NCBI GenBank assembly: GCA_004431415.1
Contig: QPMI01000152.1
Location: 1-64,000, forward strand
Source: Cyanophora paradoxa CCMP329
Lineage: Eukaryota > Plantae > Glaucophyta
Reading direction: 5' to 3'
DNA length: 64,000 bases
Shown: piece after piece, positions 12,904-23,400 of the stretch
Layout: every line of letters begins with the position of its first letter
How positions within the stretch are numbered: position 1 is the stretch's first letter
Translations under genes and position numbers: made by a program
Notes under the pieces: model-generated
What the model was told of the DNA's origin: nothing
Databases searched by the model: none
What the model saw: only the letters and a program-made list of their open reading frames with translations

Positions 12904-13266
12904 GCCTGAGTCATAGGAGCTCGCGACCGTTCCGGCCCCCTACTAGGCTTCTCGCAGGCCTCCTAGTAGGCCTAGGCTTCCAAATTGAACGTGTAACAGC
13001 GCGCAACGAAGGAGCTTAAATTCTCGCCTTCGTCGCGGTGATATCATTCGGAATCCCGAGGATCGCAACACGAATTCGATCGCGAAACCATGGGTGCCGC
13101 CCAGATCCGTGCGTCTCTGCCTAATCTTGCAATTGGCCATGGATGGTTTAGATCTAGATCTATATAGAGTTTCTAGATATCAACAGTCATTTACGCGTGC
13201 ACGCGCGCATTCGCGTGCTCGCATATCATTAACGCTCGAGCTCGCATGCCTTCGGCTCCGAATCAG

Positions 13267-13640
13267 ATTACAAGTGCTGGTCGAGCTGGGACTGTGGTGG
13301 CCAAGAAATGGCCTCGGGGAACAACAACGACCGTGACCAAGTGAAAGATATCTGCAACCGCGCTGGGGCCAACTCGTTCAGAATGGGCACCGGCAACTGC
13401 CTCTTTGCACGCGTAAAGCCTGTTGAGCCATCGGCGCCGAGCTACTGGTCGAAGTCCGCGTTCGACTGGTTTAAATTTAAGCAGGACGACGATGCCCAGG
13501 TGCGCGAATAGTAATGTTTTCGAACTCGGTGCTGGCATTCGATTCACCCTGAGAACGCGACGTCAACGCAGGTGGTCGAAGCGGAAGCCGATATGGACGC
13601 CGCGGAGCTCGAGGCCGAGATGGAGGCGGAGGCTGCGGTG
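13267..13640 (+). CDS. Exons of a small hypothetical Cys-containing protein with an acidic tail (gene limits uncertain)
   Basis: Exon DYKCWSSWDCGGQEMASGNNNDRDQVKDICNRAGANSFRMGTGNCLFARVK...DDDAQ is followed by a typical GTGCGC..CGCAG intron (about 13500-13571) and an in-frame exon VVEAEADMDAAELEAEMEAEA. Confidence 0.35.
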
Positions 13641-14461
13641 CGTTCTGCCGCGATGATGTATCTCTCCGTTCGCGTAATCGCATGCGTACATCTGTGGACG
13701 CTGATTATGCACATCGAACACGAACGTGCAGATGCTCGATGCCCAGGGCGCCGCTGTAGAGGCCGAGATCTCTGTCTGATTGCAAGATCTACTCTGTACC
13801 GTAGTACGCCAGTAGCAAGCTCAAGGATGCGCAGCCAGCGAGCTCGAGCTTCAAGCGAATTCATAATTCATATCAGACAATCGCGAGGCTGTCGGTACAC
13901 AATTTGCAATCAATTGGAAATATACACACAAATTTGGCTCGCGATCGCTTTGATTTGGGCCGGCGCCGCGGTTAGGTTATCTTGAGCTATAGCCTCCGAC
14001 TCCGGATTTGAATTCCCAGCAAAGGCAGAAGGAGAGGAAATCTATGCTCAATTTTCTTGCATGCAACTACGTATACGTTCAGTTTAGCTATGTGTTTCGA
14101 AATCATTCGAATCCGAGATCCCCGAACATTTCCCTTCTAGATCAAATTCGAGTTCCCCGACCATGTAAGAACGTCAACCCCCTCGCGAATGCATATCTCA
14201 TCACGATCAACAATGAGGATCCGGGAATGAGATCGGAGGCAATTCCAAGATCTCGCGCGCGTATACGTACTAGGTATACGTAGATGTTTAAGCTGGATTC
14301 AGCACCGTGCAATTGAAATTTGATCGGCAGGAGGGAATTCAAACATTCACAAAGCACACAAATGAAATGTGCATGCCTCACCCGGCCCGGCCCAGTCACT
14401 GAGTGCTGAAAAACACAACCCGCATACGCTTAGTGAAGGCCGTACATCGACTGCAGCTGAC

Positions 14462-17400
14462 TCACGGCTCAGAGATCGCTGCGTCAGGGAGGGGGGTCGG
14501 GGGGCCGGGGTCGGGGGGCCCGGGGTCGGCGGCGGGGCCGGGCGCCCGGGCCCGCGGGCGGGGCCGGGAGTGGCGGGCGACGAGGTCGAGGAGGGAGTGG
14601 CGGCGGACGGGCTTGGTGAAGAAGGCGTCCGCCCCGAGCCGCATCGCCTCCTCCCGGTCCTCCGCCATCGCATTCGCTGCCCCGGCCGCGCCCCGTCGCG
14701 AGCTCGCCGTCGGCCCTCTCCCGGGGCGGCCCGCGGGGCGCGTGCGCACCCGTCATGAAGACGATGGGGATGCGGGGCGCGGCGCCGGCGGCCTCCATCG
14801 CCCGGATCCGCCGGCACGCCTCCCGCCCGTCGCACACCGGCTGCCGCCCGCGGTCAGCGGGCGCGAGGGGAATCGCGCCAGACGCGCGCGTGGCGCCCCG
14901 CGGACCATCTCGACGTCTGAGGCCGCGCGGCCCGGTCAGGGCAGGGACGGGCGGGGTGCTGGCCATGGGTCGGGCGGGGCGGACCGAGGAGGATCATGTC
15001 GTACTTGGCGGGGTCGACGCGGTACGCCTCTGCGCGCGAAACAGTGAGTGATCACGACTACCAGGGCTAGCGGGGCCCGGGGGCGACGGCCGGGGCCGGG
15101 AGAGGCGTGCGGGCGCGCCGATGCACTGGAGACCGTCCTCGGCGGTCTCGACGGCGTAGCCGCCGATCTCGAGCATGCGCCGCGCCACGAGCACGTTCTG
15201 CGGGATGTCGTCCACCAGCAGCACGCACCCGCGCCCCGCCCCCGGCGCAGGCGACGCCGACTCTGGCCGCCCCGCGCCCGAGCCGGCGCCGGCGGTAGGC
15301 CCCGCGACCCTCGCCTCGGGTCGGCCGTTGCGCGCGCCCGGCAGCGCTAGCGCTCGGCAGGCGGCGGCGCTCGGCGGGCGCGAGCTGGACCCGAACAACC
15401 TGCCACGCCGAACGGGAGTCAGAGCGGCGGCGGCCGGCGGCGGCGCGGCGCGGCTCGCGATCGCGGGGTCGCACGCGCGGCGGACGGCGTCGGCGAGCTG
15501 CGAGGGCCGCAGCGGCAGCGACACGGAGACGGGCCCCGCCCCGCCCCCGCCCCCGCCCCGCCGCCTGCGGCTGCGGCTGCGGCTGCTCGGGCCGGCGAGG
15601 GCGACGCAGCGGAGCTCGCCGGCGGCCTCGCCCATGGCGGCGGAGAGGGCGACGAGGGCCGGCGCCTCGGCGAAGAGCAGCGGGCGCGCCGGCAGCAGCC
15701 GCCACGCCGCCCCCGCCGCCTCTGACGGCTCCACCGCCTCCACCCGCGCCCCCCACTGCCCCCGCCCCGTCAGCCTTTCGAAGCCTCCGCTTCGAGCGCG
15801 GCGGGCGGGGGGCGCGCGTCAGCGAGGTAGTGGGTGAGGGGAATGGCGGCGGCCGGCTCGCGGGCGGCGATGAGGCAGGGGACGCCCCGCAGGTCGGGCC
15901 ACGCGAAGAGCCCCTCGAACACTGGGCTGCTCGCGTGCTCCCCGCCCGCCCCCGCCCCCGCCTGCGCCCCCGGCCGGATCCGGAGCTCGGGCAAGGAATG
16001 CACGAGGGGCAGCGGCGGGGCGGGGTCGGGGTCGGACCGGCTTCGCGTGGCGCTCGCGCTGGACGACGACGGTGGCGTAGAAGGTGCAGCCGGCGCCTCT
16101 CTCGGACGTCACCCCCACGCTGCCCCCCATCGCCTCCGCCAGCCGCTTCGTGATCGCCAGCCCTGCCCCCGCCCCGCAGTCGCGATCGGCGTCGGCGCCA
16201 AGGAGGCGGGGCGGGGCGGGCGGCCGCGCGCGGACCGAGGCCCGTCCCCTCGAACATGCGCGTTGCGTCGTTCTTCGGCAGCTGCGCGAGCGCTGAGGCG
16301 GCGCAGCGAGCGGGACGCGGGCGGGGGAAGGGGCGGGCGGGGGCGGGCCTGCTGGTAGGGGCGGAAGAGGAGGTGGAGCTGGTCCGGGGGGATGCCGGGG
16401 CCCGTGTCCGTCACCGCGATCCGCACCCGCACGTGCTCCGCCCCCGCCCCCGCCGGCCCCGGACCCGATCCGGAGGCCCTCGCGATGGCCTTCGACGCGG
16501 GGCTGGCCGGCCCGGCGCCGGCGGCGGCGGCGGCGGGGGGCGGGGCGGGGCAGCGCTCGGACTCGATGCGGAGCTCGATGCGCCCGCCCCGCGGCGTGTA
16601 CCGCATCGCGTTCGACATGAAGCTGGGGCGGGGGCGGTCAGGCGCGCCGCATTGGAGTTGGACGGGGCGCGGGCGCCGGCGGCGCGCACTTCATGATGAT
16701 GCGGCGGATGCGGAGGTTGTCGGCGAAGACCCAGCGCGGCAGGCCCCGCGGCAGCAGCAACACGAGGTCTGCCCCCGGCTGAGTACGGACGCGTGCAGCT
16801 CGGGGCGGGGCGGGGGGGCGGACGGATGTCCTTGGCGCGTGCGGCGGGGGCGAGGAGGAGGAGGGAGCCCTCGAGGGCCTCGACGAGGTCGAAGGGGGCG
16901 GGGGTCGGCGTCTCCCGCTGCTCCTCGAGGCGGCTGTACTCGAGGATGCGGTCCATGAGGGAGAGGAGGACGCCCGAGGCGCTCCCGACGCCGTCCACGT
17001 ACTCCCGCTGCTCCGCAGTCAGCGCCGTCTCGGCCAGCAGCTGGTGGCACCCCATGATCCCTGAACCCGCGGCCGCAATCAGAGCAGCGCGGGGCGGGGC
17101 GGGGCGGGGCGGGGCGGGGACCGTTGAGCGGGGTGCGGAGGTCGTGGGTGACCATCGCGAACCAGCGGCGGTGCACGGCCGCCAGCTGCTCCTCCATCTT
17201 CACCTTCGCCGAGACGTCCCGCTGTACGCGCGCGCCAGTGAGCAGAGGAGTCGGAGGAGAGCGGAGGGCCCCGCTCGAGGGGCCGCGTGCGCGCGCACGA
17301 CGAAGACGGCGTAGTTCACGACGGTCCGCCGCGAGGCAGAGAGGGGCGTGCCCCTTCCGAAGGCGCGCGGGACCGTCGGGGGCGGCCGGCGAGCGGCGCT

Positions 17401-20400
17401 CAGGGCGCGGGATCGCGCACGGGAAGCCGGAGGGGGCCTGCGCCTTCTCCGAGGCGAACGACGTGATGCAAACCTGCCCGCGCGCGCGGCGCGGCGCCCG
17501 TCCCGTCGGCCGCCGGCCGCCCGCGGCCGCCTCGAGGCGGAGCCGAGGCGGGGCGGGGCCACGGCACCTCGACCTCGGTCCTGTCGGCGTCGGCGGTGCG
17601 GGCGAGGCCCTTCCAGACGGCGTTGAGGACGCCGGCCTTGCCGCAGAAATTGGGCGATACCAGCACCCGCAGCGCCGCCCCCGCCCCCTCCTCCTCCCCG
17701 CCCCTCCCCAGCGACTGCGGCGGCCTCGGATGCCGGCGCGCGCCTCGGGTGGAGGGGCGGCGGCGGGGCGCACGCGCTGGTCGGCCTGGGGCTCGAGGAG
17801 GGTGAGGAAGGACTCGATCTTCTGGCCCAGGAAGGAGGCCGAGGGGCGGCCCCAGAGGCGCTCGGAGGCGGGGTTCGCGGAGAGGATGGCGAGGTCCTCG
17901 CCCAGGGTCACGATCGCGTCGTGCGCGTTGTGCAGCACCGCCTCGTTCTCCGCGTTGCTCCGCCGCAGGCTCTCGTACAGCCGCGCGTTCGTCACCGAGA
18001 TGGCCAGCTGGGAGGAGAGGATCGTGAGCGTCTCGATGCACGTCGGCGTGAAGGCGCCGCGCAGCAGCCGGTTCTCCAGGTAGAGACAGCCCACCACGCG
18101 CCCCTGCGCGCCCCCCGAAGTCGGGTCGGATCGGGTCGGGTCGGGTCGGGTCGGGCCGGGGACCTGGTGGGTGATGGGGAGGGCGAGGATGGACTTCACG
18201 CCGCTGGCGACGACGTACGCGTCGAGCTGCAGCTGCGGGCCCTCGTCCTGCGCGCGGCGCCGGCGTCGCGTCAGAGCCCAGCCATCGACATCGCGATCGA
18301 AAGTCTGGGCCCGAGCGGGAGGGGGGCGCACCCTCTTCATGCAGTCCTGGAGGAGGGAAACCTGCGCCCAGGCTTAGATCTAGAGGACGAGGGCCGCGCG
18401 GCTCGGCTCGGCTCGGCCTGGCGGAGCGGGGCGGGGCGGGCCTTCTCGGTGGCGATGCAGTACTTAACGGCGCGGACGCAGAGCAGCGCCTCGCACTCCG
18501 CCAGCGGCCGCCCCTGCAGCACCTCCAGCCGCACCGCCCCCGCCCCCGGCCCCGCCTGCCCCCTGCGCGCCGCCGAGGCCGGTCGGGCGGAGTCCCGATC
18601 GCGTGGGGAGGGGGAGGGCGGACCCGGCGGGGGATGCGGAGTCGCTGAGGACCTCGCCGCTCGCCTCCACCTGCGGCGGGCTCAGGCGGGCGGGGGCGCC
18701 TCCGCCGGCCGCGGCGCGATCGCGCACGGCAAAGTCGGAGGGGTGCCCGTGGTGCCCGTGGGGCCCCCGCCCGTCCCGCTCGTGCGGCGATCGCGAGTGC
18801 GCGCCCTCCTCCTTCTCCAGGATCTGCGCGGCCGTGAGCCGAGCCGAGGGCCTCACGGGGCGGGCGGGGGGGCGGGGGCGGGCCAGGAAGCCGCGCTGGG
18901 CGCCTGCGATCTCGAGGACGACGGCGACGAGGCGCTCGAGGAGGGTCGAGAGCTCGATCTCGCGGGAGAGGCACTGCGAGGCCTCCAGCAGCGTCTCCCA
19001 GTTCAGCGAGTCCCCCGCCGACGACTCCCGCTCCCGCTCCCGCTCCCCGTCCACCGACCCCGGCCCTGCCCGCCGCGCCCGCCCCGCGCCGGCGGCGGCC
19101 GGGGCGAGGCCCGGCGGGCCCAGCGACTCGAGGGAGGGGATGGCGATGCGCCTCCCGCTCGCCGTCTGCGCGCGCCGCCGCCGACCGCCGCGGGTCGGGC
19201 CCGGCCCAACGCTGTGGCGGCACGCGAACGGGGGCGCGCGCACCCGCTCCTCGGCGGTGGAATTGATTGGTGAGATGGATGCGAAGCCGGCGGCCCCGGG
19301 AGGAGGTCGCCGCGCTCGCCGGCCCCGGCGGCGTCCCGCCCGGTGGCGCCGGCGAGCCGGCGCCCCGCCCGTGCTGCCCCTGCGCCGGCGAGTGCGCGCC
19401 GCTCCTCACGCCGGCGCCGGCGTCCGCCTCGCGGTACGAGCGGGCGCGGCCGGCGGCGCCCCAGGTCTTCCAGTGGCGCAGGGCGGAGGCGCGGTACGCG
19501 GCCGCCCCGCGCCAGAGCCCTGACTCGTCCAGCAGCGACGCCAGCCGCTCGCACGCCAGCGCCCTGCGCAGGCGTCAAGCAAAGTGGACGGGGGGGCGGC
19601 GCCGGGGCCGGGGCGGGGCGCACGCGATGTGGTGGAAGCCGCGGAGCTCGGCGTCGTCCTGCGCTTCCTCGTACAGCGCCGCCGCCGCCAGCGCTCCCGC
19701 CCCCGCCCCCGCCCCGGCGCCGCTCCCGAATCCGCGGGCCCGCTCGAGCTCGGCGCGCATGAGGAGGTGCCGGGCGCGGTAGTTCTGGGGGCCCTCCTCC
19801 GCAAACAGGCGCATCGCCGCGCAGCACTCCTCCAGGCGCGCCACGAGGCCCGCCCGCTCCGCCTCCCCCAGCGCCGGCGCCTCCGCTCCCGGGCCCGCCC
19901 GCGTTCGGCCGGCGTCGCTGGGCGAGGCGGCGGCGGCGGCGGGGGCCAGCGGGTGGATGTGGACGCCGTCGAGCGTCGGCGGGGGCACGTCGATCACCAG
20001 GGGCCCGGCGCCCCCAGGCCCGGGCCCGAGCCCGAGCCCGGCGGCGCGGTGGCGGCCTGCTGCGGCCGGCGCTGCGCGGGCGGCCCCGGCGAGAGGCGCT
20101 GCGCGGGCGTCACGGCGCGGGCGAGCCGGGGCCGCCCGCGTGCGGAAGCAGAGCGGACCGTGCCGACGACAAGCGAGACCGTGAAGATCGTGTCCTGCGG
20201 GGCGCCCCGTGAGGCTTAGATCTCTGCGGGCAGTGCAGAGGCGCCCAGCGAGAGGCTGGGGGCGGACGTGGTAGACGGAGAAGGCCTGGCGGAGGGTGTG
20301 GGAGGGCAAGGGCGCCCCCGCGTCCACCCCGAAGAGCTCCACCAGCATCCGCCACGCCTGCCCCCCGCCCGCCCTTCAGACGAGGCCGCCCCGGCCCGCG

Positions 20401-23400
20401 CCCGAGCTCGATCTAAAGCGCACCTCGGCGTACTCGCCGTAGGCGACGAGGGCGAGGACCGGCGTCGTCGCGATGCACGCCCGCGCCCTTTGACGTCGTT
20501 AGGCATGGAGGGATGGGGCGGGGGAGGGCGGGCGGGGCGGGGCGGGCCAGAAGGGGAGCGGGCAGTCGTCGAAGAAGGCGTCGTTGGCGCGCGGCTGCCC
20601 CGAGGCGGGGTCGTAGCGGAGCGGGAGGGCGGCGGGGCCGTCCTCCTCGGGGATCTCCAGGCCCCGCAGGCAGCGCGCCGCCGCCAGCGGGGCCGCCATC
20701 ATCAGCTCGAAGAGCCCGTGCTTGTGCTCCGTCACCCACTTCCGGTGCCTCGTCACTGCGCCCGCCGCCGCCGCCGCCCTCGTCGGCGGGCCGACGCTTA
20801 TCGCGTCTCGGCGGGCGCGGGGGCGTGCACGGACCGCGGCGGTCGAAGAGGGCGAGGGGCTCGCAGGCCCAGAAGCCGCACACGATGGAGAGCATCCCCG
20901 TGAGGCCTGCGCGCAGCGCTCGACTCGAGGCGGCCGGCGGCGCGGCACGGGCGCGAGCGGCGGGGGCGGACAGGAGTCGACGAGGTTGGACTGCTCGACG
21001 AAGAGGGGGAAGGCGCCGTCCTGGAGGGCCAGGATCGCCTGCCACGGCTCCCCGTAGATCGCCGCGCAGGAGCCCATCTCGAGGGACTTCGCCCGCACGC
21101 GCGCGTCCCGCGCCTCCCGTCCCAGCCGCATGCAGCACTGCTGGAAGGGGTAGCAGTAGTGGAGGAAGCGGTCGCTCAGCGTCGCGATGTGGCCCAGGAT
21201 GCCGCACAGGTACGCCGTCTGCGCATGCCCGTGCAGGCGCGTGAGCGCGAGATTTGAAGCCGCGTCGAGGATGAGGATCGGAGCCGATCGCTCGCGCGCA
21301 CTTGAGGCGCCCGGCCGTATTGAAGCGAGATGAGGAGGCACCTGGTGCGTTTTTTTCAGTGAGGGAGAGTGGGGGCTGAGGGGGAAGGTGGGAGGGGGGA
21401 GGAGGGAGGGAGGGGAGGGGGGAGGGGAGGTAAGGGATGGGGGTATTGGCAGGAGGGGAAGGGGAGTGGGAGGGGGCGAGAGGGGAGGGAGGGGAGGGGA
21501 GTGCGCAGGGGTGGAGGGGGACGGGATGAGGAGGAAAAAAGGGGAGGGGAGGGGGAGGGGAAGGGCTTGAGGGTACAGCGGCAGGGGGAAGGGGAAGAGG
21601 GGAGGAGGAGGGGCAGGGGGGCGAAGGAAGGGGAACGAAGAGGGAGGGGGTGGGGTGCATGATGGGGGTAGGGCGGAAGGGGGACGGTGGAGGGAGGTGA
21701 AAAAGCGAAGGGGCGAAGGGGCCGGATTTGGAGGGTAAAAGGGCATAGGGCAAGGGGCCAAGGCAGGCTGAGAGACAAATTTAAAGGATGGCGCACCGTG
21801 CGGGGATGAGCCCAAAGAGATCGGGCGCGTCAGCGTACCCGGCGCTCAGCGCCGAGTCGCCGGCGATCTGCATTAGGTCCAGTATGTCTGCGGCGCATTA
21901 TAATTAGCTATAGCTTTTTTTCGGGAGTTGTGAGGCGTCTCCGAACCGGGGGAGGAGCAGGCGGGGAGGGCGGCGATTATATCGGCGATGGCGGAGGGGG
22001 CGAAGTCGTCGCCGCCGGCGGCCCCCGCGGCGCGGAGGGCGGCGACGATGGCGTCGAGCTCCCGCTCGAAGTCCGCCAGCGTCGCCTCTGCCCGCCCCGC
22101 CCCCGCCCTCTCAGCTTGTGGGGCCGGGCCCTGGCGGGGCGGGGGCCGGGGCCGGGGGGCACCGAGGGGCACGTGGACGTCCCAGAGGGCGCGCATGGCG
22201 GCGACGCCAGCCTCGAGCGACTCGCGGAACTTGTTCATGCTCGAGAGCACCGCCACCCGCAGCCGCGCCACTGCGCATGCCCGCCCGTCAGCACCGCGCA
22301 GGAGGAGACGGAGGGGCGGGGCGGGGCGGGCCGCGGATGTGGTGGGGGCGGGCGAGGGCGAGGCGCTCGACTGCGGGCAGGCGCCGCTCGGCGGCCTCGT
22401 AGTCGTGCTCGAGGTACTCGCACTCGGCGAGCGTCAGCTGCAGGAAGAACTCGAGCTCCCGCGGGCCAGCCCCCGCAATCGCTTCAACGCTCTCCGAAAC
22501 CCCGGTCCCCACCGAGGCGCGCCGGGCCAGCCGCGAGGTCGAGGGCGGGGGGCCCGGCTCACCCTCCTCGGGGGCCCCGGGGAAGGCGGCGCGGCGGCGC
22601 TCGAGGGCGCGGAGGCCGTCGAGGGCGTAGGCGCGGCCGCGGTGGAAGGCGGTGCAGGCGCGGGAGCGCTCGGCGGCGAGGGCGTTGACGCGGGCGACGG
22701 CGGCGAGGGCGGCGGCGTCGGCCCCCGCGGGGAGGGGCGCGTCCGGGTCCCCCGCGAGCCCGTCGTTGAGCATATTGGCCATCGCAAAGAGGTCCTCCGG
22801 CTGCCCCGCCTCCGCCCCGGCCCCCGCGCCCGAGCGGAGCAGCAGCAGCAGCCCCGCCCGGAAGCACAGCTCCGCCCGCTCCGCCCCCTCGATCAGGTCG
22901 TGCGCCGCCTGCCCCAGCGCGCGCGCCGCCCGTCAGAGAGATCAGCTCGGGCCAGGTCGGAGCGGGCCGGGCCCGCCTGCTGCATCTTGTCGTGCCGGAA
23001 CGTGAAGACGACCGGCGGCATCGCCAGCGGCGCCTCCGGCGGCGGCGGCTCGAGGGCGTTAAGTGGGGGCGGCTGCGGGGCCGGGGCGGGGGCCGGGGCG
23101 GCGAGGAGGTGCTCGGGGAAGGCGGCGCGGGAGTGGGAGGCGCGGCGGACGACGAGGCCCGAGTGCACGGCCGGCTGCAGCGTCGCCACGACCTCCTGCG
23201 CCCCAGCGTGGACCGAAGATTAAGAAGAAACAGAGGGGGGCGGGGCGGGGCGGGGCGGGGCGGGCGGGGCGGGCCTCCTCGGGGCAGCCGAGGACGGCGG
23301 CGAGCATGGGGGCCGTGAAGGAGGCGCCGCAGCAGCTGGAGACCTTGAGGGCGCGCTGGGTGGCGGCGGGGAGGGCCTGGATGGAGGAGGCCATGATCTC

